Source: an uncultured Candidatus Saccharibacteria bacterium (GTDB taxonomy: Bacteria; Patescibacteriota; Minisyncoccia; Phycocordibacterales; PALSA-1337). From it: DNA of 64,000 bases. The notes beneath the pieces are model-generated. The model worked only from the letters and a program-made list of their open reading frames with translations, did no database searches and was not told the origin of the DNA. The translations under genes and the position numbers were made by a program. The number at the start of each line of letters is the position of its first letter. The first letter of the stretch is position 1. The stretch covers positions 169,521-233,520 of the forward strand of contig CAZBVQ010000001.1 of NCBI GenBank assembly GCA_964495685.1, given 5' to 3'. Of the stretch, positions 16,405 through 25,821 are shown in pieces.

Positions 16405-17180
16405 TGCGCCACCGACATCCCGCGCACGTTCTTGAAATCCGCTTTTTTCAGTGTCTCAATCGCTTGATACATAGTGCCGCCGGTAGTGATGACATCATCG
16501 ATGACGACTATAGGAGTGTTCCGGTCAAATCGTGAAGCCACTTCCTCATTCACGTCAAACAAATCATGACTGGTACGCACGCGCTCGGCGCGGTTTTTCT
16601 TTTTCTGTTCAGAATTGCGATCGACACGAGTAAGGAGATTATTTTCGCAGGTAAATAGAGATTGGTCCGCTCGGCTCCGTAGTCGATCTATTTCATTGGT
16701 GAGCAATTCACACTGATTATACCCACGCTGATGGCGTCGACGTGTCGTAATCGGCATGGGGAGCAGGAGTGTCTGGGCAGGAAGTGTTCCGAACCGACAC
16801 TGCGGAGCCTCGAGTGCCTGTTCGAGAGGCGAGCATAGCGCAGGGCCAGCAGGCCCTGACGCGCGTCGGTGAGGAACAGCTTCCTGCCCAGACACTCCCA
16901 TCTCCCTCAACATACTCCACAGCGCATACCCTGCAATCTCGACAGCTTCACGGGAACTTTTTTCTTTGATGAGCCAGATGAGACGCGATACGCGCGCATC
17001 TTTGTATGCGAACACGGAACGAGTACCGGGAAGATCGAATGCTAATCCAGAATAATCGGGCGCTGGAGGAAGTGTGCGCAGTGCGTCGACAGGATTCATG
17101 CTCAAGAGATCTTTCTCAGTATCAGAAATAGGGAATAGGGCATCCAATAGTACGTTGTATAAGATTGAGATGAATGACAT
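16401..17180 (-). CDS. comF: ComF-family phosphoribosyltransferase-like competence protein with in-frame palindromic insertion
   Basis: PMPIT.RRRHQRGYNQCELL, VVIDDVITTGGT; TATACT 6 nt before ATG 17180. Confidence 0.88.
   Translation of the reverse strand: MSFISILYNVLLDALFPISDTEKDLLSMNPVDALRTLPPAPDYSGLAFDLPGTRSVFAYKDARVSRLIWLIKEKSSREAVEIAGYALWSMLREMGVSGQEAVPHRRASGPAGPALCSPLEQALEAPQCRFGTLPAQTLLLPMPITTRRRHQRGYNQCELLTNEIDRLRSRADQSLFTCENNLLTRVDRNSEQKKKNRAERVRTSHDLFDVNEEVASRFDRNTPIVVIDDVITTGGTMYQAIETLKKADFKNVRGMSVAH
16766..16898. repeat. Palindromic element, family A, copy 2 (in frame in comF)
   Basis: Outer stem ggagtgtctgggcaggaagtgttcc / ggaacagcttcctgcccagacactcc; core matches the recG copy in reverse orientation. 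Confidence 0.9.
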
Positions 17181-17293
17181 GCGCCCAGTATAGCAACGGG
17201 TCTTGAAGGCGACGTCAGATTCAGGGTATAGCTTGTGAATATCGGTAGTTATTGCCATTGCTACAGCGTATATTTACCTGTACACTTACCTCC

Positions 17294-18391
17294 ATGGGCT
17301 TCTTTTCCTCACTTTTCAAGAAAGAAACCAGCGTTTTGGGCGTGGATATAGGATCATCGGCCATCAAGGTCGTTCAGATCAAGAAAAAGCGCGGTCGTGC
17401 CGTACTTGAGACGTACGGCGAGTTGGCGTTGGGTCCTTATGCGGGAGTCGAAATCGGTCGAGCTACACAGATTTCGGCTGACAAAATCATCGAAGCTATC
17501 AAAGATATTCTTAAAGAATCAAAGACTACGACGGGTATGTGCGGTGTGGCGTTACCATTATCATCGAGTCTCATTTCGTTCATTTCCATCCCTCCTGTGC
17601 CTGAGAAACAGATGAGTGACGCGATAACACTCGAAGCACGCAAATACATCCCTGTGCCCCTCTCGGAAGTCCTCCTCGATTGGTCTATTATCCCGAAGGA
17701 AGATTCGTACGTGAATGAAGATGAAGCAGTCAAATCTGAGAAACAGGGTAGCGATGTGCTCGTCGTGGCAATCCACAATCAGTACATCAATGATTATCAA
17801 GCCATCATGGCAGGGAGTAATCTCACTCCAAGTTTCTATGAGATCGAAATTTTCAGTTCTATCCGTGCGGTCGTCGATCAGGGTATCTCGACAGTGATGA
17901 TTATTGACATGGGGGCACGATCGACCAAGTTGTATATTGTCGAACGGGGCATCCTGCGTGCATCTCACATCATCAACAAAGGCAGCCAAGATATTACACT
18001 GGCATTATCGAAGGCGATGAGTATCACCGTGAATGACGCGGAAAATATGAAGCGTACCCACGGTCTCAAGGGTGGCCCTGAATATCGTGAGCTGACGGAA
18101 ATTATTACGGTCAACCTTGATTATATGTTTTATGAAGCCAACGCATCACTGCTCAACTATCAGAAGAAGTTCAACAAAAATGTCAGCAAGGTCATTCTGA
18201 CCGGTGGGGGAGTGCTCCTCAAAGGGTTCACTGACTTGGCGAAAATTAGTTTCCAAACAGATGTGGTATATGCCGATCCGTTCGGTAAACTCGAGACACC
18301 TGCTTTTCTTGCTGAAGAATTCGCCCAAGCAGGCCCCGAATTCGCCGTTGCTATCGGCGTCGCTCTCCGCCGCCTCTCAGAACTTGAGTAA
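17294..18391 (+). CDS. pilM: Type IV pilus assembly protein PilM
   Basis: Actin-like LGVDIGSSAIK, IDMGARST, ILTGGG, FAVAIGVALR; EARKYIPVP. Confidence 0.92.
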   Translation: MGFFSSLFKKETSVLGVDIGSSAIKVVQIKKKRGRAVLETYGELALGPYAGVEIGRATQISADKIIEAIKDILKESKTTTGMCGVALPLSSSLISFISIPPVPEKQMSDAITLEARKYIPVPLSEVLLDWSIIPKEDSYVNEDEAVKSEKQGSDVLVVAIHNQYINDYQAIMAGSNLTPSFYEIEIFSSIRAVVDQGISTVMIIDMGARSTKLYIVERGILRASHIINKGSQDITLALSKAMSITVNDAENMKRTHGLKGGPEYRELTEIITVNLDYMFYEANASLLNYQKKFNKNVSKVILTGGGVLLKGFTDLAKISFQTDVVYADPFGKLETPAFLAEEFAQAGPEFAVAIGVALRRLSELE

Positions 18392-18393
18392 GA

Positions 18394-18491
18394 GCCCTTA
18401 GCGACACTCTGCCGATATGAACTCGGTACGTATGCCTAACGCACATTTACCACAACGTAACCTTCATATCGGTAGATGTGTCGCTAAGGGC
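18394..18491. repeat. Long inverted repeat (28 bp stem, ~41 nt loop) between pilM and pilN
   Basis: gcccttagcgacactctgccgatatgaa / ttcatatcggtagatgtgtcgctaagggc. Confidence 0.85.
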
Positions 18492-18550
18492 GCTGTATTG
18501 TTATACACATAGCCGTACTTTGTTCATTCCTGCTATACTTCTAGGGAACT

Positions 18551-19195
18551 ATGGAAACCAAATTCCAAACCTCATTTATCCCCAAGAGGCCACTCATACC
18601 TACAAGCGGGCTCAATCCGGCCGCGCCCAAGCGGAGCTTCAGCTATTTCATGGCGATTGCAGTGCTACTCTTCATCATTTCTATCGGTGCTGCCGGTGGT
18701 AGTTATTTCTGGAAGTCATATCTTGAGACAGCCCAGATAGGGTACAAAACCCAGTTGGCCCAACGTGAAAAACAGTTCAACCCCAATCTCATCGAAGATT
18801 TGAAGCGTCAGAACGTCAAAATAGACACAGGCAAACAGCTTCTTGCAAACCATATTGCCGTCTCGCACATTTTCGATATCATCGGTCGCCTGACCATCGA
18901 AGACGTCCGCTTCATGAGCATGGAGATGACCACTGGCGCTACCAAGAATGAAGGCATCAAGATTGCCCTCAAGGGATATGGCACCACATTGAGTGCTGTC
19001 GCGTTCCAGTCAGACGTCCTCGGTCAGCTCGAACGATACGGTCTGCGCAAGGTCGTCAAAAATCCCATTTTGAGTGATCCGGCCTTGGATACCAATGGAT
19101 TGGTAGCTTTTGGGATGACTGCCACCGTCGATCCAGTCAGTCTCTCGTATGAGAAGAACCTTGCAGCGTCGACGGCGACCACCACTTCACCATAG
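18551..19195 (+). CDS. PilN-like alignment protein
   Basis: METKFQTSFIPK N-terminus, TM, coiled coil; located after pilM. Confidence 0.7.
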   Translation: METKFQTSFIPKRPLIPTSGLNPAAPKRSFSYFMAIAVLLFIISIGAAGGSYFWKSYLETAQIGYKTQLAQREKQFNPNLIEDLKRQNVKIDTGKQLLANHIAVSHIFDIIGRLTIEDVRFMSMEMTTGATKNEGIKIALKGYGTTLSAVAFQSDVLGQLERYGLRKVVKNPILSDPALDTNGLVAFGMTATVDPVSLSYEKNLAASTATTTSP

Positions 19196-19197
19196 AT

Positions 19198-19794
19198 ATG
19201 AATCGCAATATTACCGCAACAATCTTGATCGTTTTGGCAGCAGGCATATACCTGACATTTACGCGTGCCAAGTTGGCTGAAGTCAATGCTGTCCGTGGGG
19301 TCAATGACCAATATCTCTCAGCCATCGCAAATGCCGACAAACTCATCAAGGTGCGTGATATTGTCCTCAAGCAGGACCGATCGATTTCGGATACCGATCG
19401 AGATCGCCTCGACAAGATGCTCCCTGATACTGTCGACAACATTCGTCTCATTATCGATCTCAATAGTATTGCCCTGAGACATGGATTCCCTCTACGAAAT
19501 ATCAAGGCATCAGCAAATTCTGCCAAACCTACTGGTCCGGCGGTGCCTCTGCCTCAAGATGCATCTGCACGTGCGGGCGAGGGCGGTACCATACCAGTGC
19601 CGGTACTCGATACGGTGACGGTTTCTTTCGGGGTGACGGCCTCATATCAGCAATTCATCGAATTACTCAGGGATCTCGAAGCGAATCTGCGAGTGATGGA
19701 TGTCACCAGACTCACCTTGACTGCCAATCCGACCACTGCGGGCACGTATGATTTCGCGGTCGAACTCCGGACATATTGGCTCCGTCAACAATAA
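19198..19794 (+). CDS. PilO-like alignment protein
   Basis: TM + coiled coil + LP..VD...SYQQFIELLRDLEANLRVMDV. Confidence 0.75.
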   Translation: MNRNITATILIVLAAGIYLTFTRAKLAEVNAVRGVNDQYLSAIANADKLIKVRDIVLKQDRSISDTDRDRLDKMLPDTVDNIRLIIDLNSIALRHGFPLRNIKASANSAKPTGPAVPLPQDASARAGEGGTIPVPVLDTVTVSFGVTASYQQFIELLRDLEANLRVMDVTRLTLTANPTTAGTYDFAVELRTYWLRQQ

Positions 19795-19796
19795 CC

Positions 19797-20132
19797 ATGA
19801 AACCTCAATCTCATTCAAAAAAACGCGTAGGTATCATCATTGCTGTCATCATTGTGGCGGCTCTCGGATATTTCTATATGTCTGGCGATGCGGTGCCGAT
19901 GGATACCAATACACTCGAGGTGCAGACTGCCAATGCTGATGGGGCACGTATCTTGAGTTTACTCAACCAGATCCAGTCCCTCCGGATCGATACGGGACTT
20001 TTGAGTTCACCTGCATATGTGTCATTGGTTGATTATTCAGTCAACATTCCTGAGATACCAGTCGGTCGTCCCAATCCATTCGCACCCATCCCTGGAGTAT
20101 CCATCCAGAATCAGACAGCATCACCCCGGTAG
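19797..20132 (+). CDS. Small pilus-associated membrane protein (PilP-position, ends GRPNPFAP)
   Basis: N-terminal TM; lies between pilO and pilB. Confidence 0.6.
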   Translation: MKPQSHSKKRVGIIIAVIIVAALGYFYMSGDAVPMDTNTLEVQTANADGARILSLLNQIQSLRIDTGLLSSPAYVSLVDYSVNIPEIPVGRPNPFAPIPGVSIQNQTASPR

Positions 20133-20167
20133 AGGCAGGATTGTTATTCGTTTATCTCACTCGCACT

Positions 20168-21898
20168 ATGTCAGTACTCGATATTCTCCTACAGAAGAAA
20201 CTCATAACCAAGGATGATATCCGGGATATTCGCAAACAGACCGGTACGGGTGCCACGCTGGACGAGGCGCTCCTAGCACATGGTGTCAAACCTGACGATA
20301 TCATCATGGCGCGAGGGGAGTTCCTCGATATACCCGTACGGAATATAACCGAAGGGTCGATACCGTTCGATGTTCTCGAGTACATTCCCGAAGAATCGGC
20401 CGCCCATTATCGGTTCGTGCCACTGGCATTCCACGAGGGAACACTCGAGGTCGGTATTGTCGATCCTGACAATATGGAGGCACGTGACGCTCTCAACTTC
20501 CTTGCCGCTAAGAAGAATGTGCCGTACAAGATTTTCCTGATCAGCATAGATGGATTCCAGAAAATTCTGGAAATGTACAAGAATATTACAGGTGAAGTAT
20601 CGCGAGCATTGTCCGAACTCGAGACCGAATTGTCGGTCGATGCCAGTGACACGATCAAGAAAGAGAACACACAGAAGGGGACATCTGACAAGGAAAAAGC
20701 CGACGACACACTCATCATTGAAGATGCTCCGGTCGTCAAGATCGTGGCGACGATTGTCCGCTACGCAGTCGAAGGTGAAGCATCAGACGTACACATCGAG
20801 CACATGCGTGACAAGATCCGCGTCCGCTTCCGTGTCGACGGCATACTCAATACTTCACTCATTCTCCCGCCGCAGGTGCATTCGGCCGTGGTTGCACGTA
20901 TCAAGGTCCTCTCCAATATGCGTCTCGACGAAAAGCGTAAGCCCCAAGACGGCCGCTTCTCGGCACGTATCGACGGCCGTAAGATTGATTTCCGTGTCTC
21001 CACATTCCCGTCCTATTATGGCGAGAAAGTCGAAATGCGTATTCTCGACCAGGCCAAAGGGGTCCGCAAGCTGGAGGAGCTGGGTATGTCCTCGCGCAAT
21101 CTTGAGATGTTCCGTGAAGCGATCAACAAGCCATACGGCATGATCCTCATCACTGGTCCGACAGGATCAGGTAAGTCGACCACGCTCTATTCTGTGCTCA
21201 ACGAAGTTGATCGCGAGAGTTACAACGTCCTATCTCTCGAAGATCCAGTCGAGTATCAGATGGAAGGCGTCAGTCAGTCTCAGGTCAGACCGGAAATTGG
21301 ATATGACTTCAGCTCTGGTCTGCGTACGACGTTGCGTCAAGACCCGGATATCATCATGGTCGGTGAGATTCGCGACAAGGAGACGGCACAGCTGGCGGTG
21401 CAGGCCGCACTTACTGGTCACTTGGTGTTCTCGACGCTCCACACCAACAATTCCGCAGGGGTTATACCGCGCCTCATCGATATGGGAGTCGATCCGTACC
21501 TCATTGCACCGACGCTCATTCTGGCAGTAGCTCAACGTCTCGTCGGTACCCTGCCGCAGGGGAGTGGTGAACCGGTACCTGTCGACGGTAGTCTCAAGGC
21601 GATGATTGATCGCCAATTTGCCGATCTGCCAGCACAATACCGCAAAGATATATCGTTCACTGATACAGTCATGAAAATAAAGCCGACCCCTGAGTGTCCC
21701 AAGGGTACCCGTGGACGCATGGCAGTCATGGAAATGTTCATGATGGACAAAGATATCGAACAAGCCATTCTCAAGAATCCAACCGAGAGTGAGATTACCC
21801 GCATCGTTCGTGCCAAAGGCATGATCTCACTCAAGGAAGATGCTCTCATCAAAGCATTTGGCAAGCTCATCCCGATCGAAGAGGTGAATAAGCTCTGA
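20168..21898 (+). CDS. pilB: Type IV pilus extension ATPase PilB/GspE
   Basis: ASDVHIE, RFRVDG, PQDGRF, GPTGSGKST, EDPVEY, LRQDPDIIMVGEIRD, TGHLVFSTLHTN. Confidence 0.95.
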   Translation: MSVLDILLQKKLITKDDIRDIRKQTGTGATLDEALLAHGVKPDDIIMARGEFLDIPVRNITEGSIPFDVLEYIPEESAAHYRFVPLAFHEGTLEVGIVDPDNMEARDALNFLAAKKNVPYKIFLISIDGFQKILEMYKNITGEVSRALSELETELSVDASDTIKKENTQKGTSDKEKADDTLIIEDAPVVKIVATIVRYAVEGEASDVHIEHMRDKIRVRFRVDGILNTSLILPPQVHSAVVARIKVLSNMRLDEKRKPQDGRFSARIDGRKIDFRVSTFPSYYGEKVEMRILDQAKGVRKLEELGMSSRNLEMFREAINKPYGMILITGPTGSGKSTTLYSVLNEVDRESYNVLSLEDPVEYQMEGVSQSQVRPEIGYDFSSGLRTTLRQDPDIIMVGEIRDKETAQLAVQAALTGHLVFSTLHTNNSAGVIPRLIDMGVDPYLIAPTLILAVAQRLVGTLPQGSGEPVPVDGSLKAMIDRQFADLPAQYRKDISFTDTVMKIKPTPECPKGTRGRMAVMEMFMMDKDIEQAILKNPTESEITRIVRAKGMISLKEDALIKAFGKLIPIEEVNKL

Positions 21899-21919
21899 TC
21901 TATATGATATAATGGTCCC

Positions 21920-22309
21920 ATGATTGACTCACCCAAAAAGATATTACTCGTGGATGACGACAAGTTCCTGCTCGATATGTATGCCATCAAGTTCAGCAAG
22001 GCTGGATATGAGGTCAAGACTGCTGATTCGACTGACGCAGGCCTCAAGTTGGTCCGTGACGGATTCGTGCCTACTGCTATGCTGATCGACATTGTGATGC
22101 CGGGGATGGATGGTCTCGAATTGGTCAATGTCATCCGGCGTGATCGTCTCGCACCCAATACGTCCATGATTATGCTCACCAATCAGGGCTCCCCAGATGA
22201 TATTGCTCGAGCCAAGAAGCTCAATGTCGACGGATATATCGTCAAGGCGACTACGATTCCCTCAGAAGTATTGGCAGAAGTCGAGCGTATTATTAGTAGC
22301 AAGAAATAG
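21920..22309 (+). CDS. Single-domain response regulator (receiver)
   Basis: ILLVDDD, LIDIVMPGMDGLE, MLTN, YIVK. Confidence 0.9.
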   Translation: MIDSPKKILLVDDDKFLLDMYAIKFSKAGYEVKTADSTDAGLKLVRDGFVPTAMLIDIVMPGMDGLELVNVIRRDRLAPNTSMIMLTNQGSPDDIARAKKLNVDGYIVKATTIPSEVLAEVERIISSKK

Positions 22310-22311
22310 AG

Positions 22312-23370
22312 ATGGATTACAAAAAAGAAATCGAAGAATTGGTCGATCTTATCCTCAAGGAGGGAGCTTCAGATCTGCACTTGTCAGCGGGACGTCCGCC
22401 GATCATTCGTGCATCTGGCGCGCTGATCCCGCTCGTCAAAAAACCCACGCTATCCGAAGTCGATATGAAGGGCTTCGTCAAGGCACTTCTCGAACCAGTC
22501 AATCAGGAGCTATTGAATACAAACAAAGACGTTGATTTTTCGTACAACCTGACGGCCGCACGTTTCCGTGGCAATGTATATTATCACCAGGGCTCACTTT
22601 CTATCGCCTTGCGACTTATACCCAAGGCCATCCGTACGCTGGCCGAGCTCAATTTGCCGCCGATCCTCGAATCGTTCACTCGCAAGCCCCAAGGGTTCTT
22701 CCTCGTCGTCGGTCCGATCGGACAAGGCAAGACGACCACGCTCTCGACCATGATCGAGATGATCAATCAGACACGCACCGAGCATATTCTGACGATCGAG
22801 GACCCTGTCGAATACCTCTATGAGTCCAAGAAATCTATTATTGACCAGCGCGAAGTGCGTTTCGATACACCTGATTTCCCTAGTGCACTCACGGCGATGT
22901 TCCGTCAGGATATCGATGTGTGCATGATCGGTGAAATGCGTGACATCGCTACTATTGCGACGGCTGTGACTGCGGCGGAGACGGGGCACCTGATTTTCTC
23001 GACACTCCACACCAATAACGCCGCCCAGACTATCAACCGTATCATCGATTCATTCCCTGCAGGTCAACAGGACCAGATACGTGTCCAATTGGCCGGTTCA
23101 TTGACGGGTATATTCTCTCAACGATTGGTGCCGCGTATTTCTGGCGGTCTCATTCCTGCCTATGAACTCCTCATCAACAACAGCGCTGTCGCCAATCTGA
23201 TTCGCGAAAAACGCATCCATGAGCTCAATTCGGTCGTGGAGACGAGCTCGCAAGAGGGGATGATAGACATGAATCGGTCATTGGCCGAGCTGGTCAGAGC
23301 AGGGGAGATCACCGTCGAAAGCGCATACACCAACTCTCTCAGTCCGAAGACGCTCGAGAAGATGATATAA
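22312..23370 (+). CDS. pilT: Type IV pilus retraction ATPase PilT
   Basis: ASDLHL, GPIGQGKTT, TIEDPVEY, GEMRD, AAETGHL, AVANLIRE (AIRNLIRE-like). Confidence 0.93.
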   Translation: MDYKKEIEELVDLILKEGASDLHLSAGRPPIIRASGALIPLVKKPTLSEVDMKGFVKALLEPVNQELLNTNKDVDFSYNLTAARFRGNVYYHQGSLSIALRLIPKAIRTLAELNLPPILESFTRKPQGFFLVVGPIGQGKTTTLSTMIEMINQTRTEHILTIEDPVEYLYESKKSIIDQREVRFDTPDFPSALTAMFRQDIDVCMIGEMRDIATIATAVTAAETGHLIFSTLHTNNAAQTINRIIDSFPAGQQDQIRVQLAGSLTGIFSQRLVPRISGGLIPAYELLINNSAVANLIREKRIHELNSVVETSSQEGMIDMNRSLAELVRAGEITVESAYTNSLSPKTLEKMI

Positions 23371-23377
23371 TAGTCAT

Positions 23378-24595
23378 ATGTTATTCACGTACGAAGCGGT
23401 AGACGCCACAGGTGCACGCAAGAACGGATCCATCGAGGCCGTCAATGTCGATGTGGCTATCTCGTCGCTTCAGCGACGCGGGTTGGTACTGACGACTATT
23501 CGTGCAGCGGACGAAGGTTCTTCCTCATCGCTGCTCTCAAAAAATATCTCATTTTTCGATCGTGTGTCCACGAAAGATGTGGTGATCCTGTCGCGGCAGT
23601 TGTCGACTCTTTTCGAGGCGCAGGTGTCCGCCTTGCGCATCTTCCGGCTCTTGGGATCTGAGACCGAAAATCATGTCCTCGGGGCCAAATTGACCGTGAT
23701 TGCCGATGATCTCCAGGCGGGAAGCTCTATTTCTGCCGCTTTGGCGAAGCACCCCAAAATATTTTCAGATTTTTATGTCAGCATGGTCAAAGCTGGTGAA
23801 GAATCAGGCAAGCTCGATGAGACATTCCAGTACCTGGCTGACTACCTCGATCGTACCTACGAGCTGACTTCCAAGGTCAAGGGTGCTCTCATATATCCGG
23901 CTTTCGTGGTGGTCACTTTCGTCATCGTCATGATACTGATGTTCACCATGGTCATCCCCAAGATTAGCGGCATCCTTACGGATTCAGGGGCTGAGATACC
24001 CTCATATACCAAAGTCATACTTGGCTTGAGTAATTTCTTGGTGGACTATGGATTCATCCTGCTCGGCATAGCTATCATCATAGGATTCTTCGTGGTCCGC
24101 TATATCCGTACCCCGACGGGCAGGGCAGCATTCGACCGCTTCAAGCTTCATGTGCCTTATGTGAGTCGGCTCTATCGCAAGCTGTACTTGGCGCGTTTGG
24201 CTGATAACATGACCACTATGCTGATGTCAGGAATTCCGATGGTCCGCTCGCTCGAATTGACCGCCAATGTCATCAATAACACGGTGTATCGCGAGCTTCT
24301 GAGTGGGGCAGTGGATGCGGTCAAGGGAGGCAAGACACTGTCTGAGTCCTTGTCAGTGGATGCCGATGCGGTGCCCGGTATCATGACGCAAATGATGAAG
24401 GTGGGTGAGGAATCTGGTGAGTTGGGTAGTATCTTGAAGACGGTGGCACGATTCTATAGTCGTGAAGTAGCCACAGCCGTCGACTCGCTGGTCTCGCTCA
24501 TCGAACCGCTCATGATCGTTTTCCTCGGTGGAGGTGTGGCGGTCTTGTTGGCTTCGGTATTGGTGCCTATCTACAATATAGCCAGTGCACAGTAA
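23378..24595 (+). CDS. pilC: Type IV pilus platform protein PilC/GspF
   Basis: Two GspF repeats: SRQLSTL...GEESGKL...ALIYP and GEESGEL...LIEP. Confidence 0.93.
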   Translation: MLFTYEAVDATGARKNGSIEAVNVDVAISSLQRRGLVLTTIRAADEGSSSSLLSKNISFFDRVSTKDVVILSRQLSTLFEAQVSALRIFRLLGSETENHVLGAKLTVIADDLQAGSSISAALAKHPKIFSDFYVSMVKAGEESGKLDETFQYLADYLDRTYELTSKVKGALIYPAFVVVTFVIVMILMFTMVIPKISGILTDSGAEIPSYTKVILGLSNFLVDYGFILLGIAIIIGFFVVRYIRTPTGRAAFDRFKLHVPYVSRLYRKLYLARLADNMTTMLMSGIPMVRSLELTANVINNTVYRELLSGAVDAVKGGKTLSESLSVDADAVPGIMTQMMKVGEESGELGSILKTVARFYSREVATAVDSLVSLIEPLMIVFLGGGVAVLLASVLVPIYNIASAQ

Positions 24596-24609
24596 ATAGG
24601 GCCTTTTTC

Positions 24610-24657
24610 TTATCCACAGTATCGATGAAATCCCCCTGTGCGGGGGAGTGGTATAAT
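24610..24657 (+). promoter_or_regulatory. DnaA-box consensus (TTATCCACA), small hairpin and extended -10 (TGgTATAAT) upstream of the major pilin
   Basis: ttatccaca 24610-24618; tccccc-tgtgc-ggggga; tataat 24652-24657. Confidence 0.55.
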
Positions 24658-24728
24658 AGGAGCATTAAACCTTACGTTTTCCTTATTGAGGTTTTACATT
24701 ATTAATTTATTAGTTGTAATTTTATTCC

Positions 24729-25253
24729 ATGAAAAAATTCACAAGAGGTTTCACTCTTATAGAATTGCTCGTCGTGATCGCTATTATTGGTATTTTGTCG
24801 TCAGTTGTGTTGGTGAGCTTGAATAGTGCTAGAAGTAAGGGTGGTGATGCTGCTGTAAAAGCAAATTTACAGGGCATAAGATCTCAAGCTGAAATCATGT
24901 ATGGTGATAATGGTTGTTATACAAATACTGGAACGGCATGCACGGGCACTACTCCAGCGGTTGTTGCTGCAGGTGCTTGCCCGGTCTCTGGTTCAGCAAA
25001 CATATTTGGTCAGACAACGATAGCTGCTCAAATTGCGGCCGCGAATAAGGCGGGTTATGGTTTTTCTGCATGTAGCGCACCAGTTAGTGGTACAGCTTGG
25101 GCAGTTGCCTCTATTCAGAAAAGTGCTACTGCTGGAGCCGCTGATTCTGGGTGGTGTGTAGATAGTACTGGAAAATCTAAGTCGATTACTGTCGCCACTT
25201 TGGATCAGGCAGGTATTACGGCTGAGGTCTCCGCGGGTGCTTGCGTGGAATAG
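24729..25253 (+). CDS. Type IV major pilin
   Basis: Class III signal KKFTRG|FTLIELLVVIAIIGILSSVVL; own promoter and terminator; six Cys in the head domain. Confidence 0.9.
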   Translation: MKKFTRGFTLIELLVVIAIIGILSSVVLVSLNSARSKGGDAAVKANLQGIRSQAEIMYGDNGCYTNTGTACTGTTPAVVAAGACPVSGSANIFGQTTIAAQIAAANKAGYGFSACSAPVSGTAWAVASIQKSATAGAADSGWCVDSTGKSKSITVATLDQAGITAEVSAGACVE

Positions 25254-25271
25254 TATACATGTAGTGTATCC

Positions 25272-25305
25272 GACAAAAGGTCCCGCTTAAAGGCGGGCTT
25301 TTGTT
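25272..25305 (+). terminator. Intrinsic terminator after the pilin
   Basis: gacaaaagg-tcccgc-ttaaag-gcgggcttttgtt. Confidence 0.65.
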
Positions 25306-25338
25306 ATATGAGATCATGGATTATAATACAGTGTACAC

Positions 25339-25818
25339 ATGAATCAATCACATAATCGTCTCCGCGCCTTCACCATCATCGAACTTCTGGTCACCATCGC
25401 TATCATCGCACTCCTCACTGGTATTGTGATCACCAACCTCGCCCCATCCAAGAGTAGGGCGCGTGACGTCAAGCGCATATCCGATATGGGGAATATTCAG
25501 TTTGCACTGTCGCTCTACTTCGATCGATGCAAACAATACCCGAGTTCGCTTGCCACGACCGCCAACACAGGTTGCCCGACCACTCCTACCCAGATCAGTC
25601 TTGGTAGCTTCATCTCGACTATACCCACCTCACCAGCTCCTGGGTCATACGTATATCAGACATCGGGTACGCCACCGTCAGATTACGTTCTTGCCGTATA
25701 TCTGGAGAATTACAACGAGATCCTCAAGGATGATATTGATGGCACCGTGTTCGGTAGTATTCAGTGTGGCCCGACCAATGATAGCAGCGAGCATTACTAT
25801 TGTCTCGGTCCCAAATAA
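25339..25818 (+). CDS. Pilin/pseudopilin (GspG-like)
   Basis: RLRA|FTIIELLVTIAII...RARDVKRISDM..IQFALSLY. Confidence 0.85.
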   Translation: MNQSHNRLRAFTIIELLVTIAIIALLTGIVITNLAPSKSRARDVKRISDMGNIQFALSLYFDRCKQYPSSLATTANTGCPTTPTQISLGSFISTIPTSPAPGSYVYQTSGTPPSDYVLAVYLENYNEILKDDIDGTVFGSIQCGPTNDSSEHYYCLGPK

Positions 25819-25821
25819 TCC

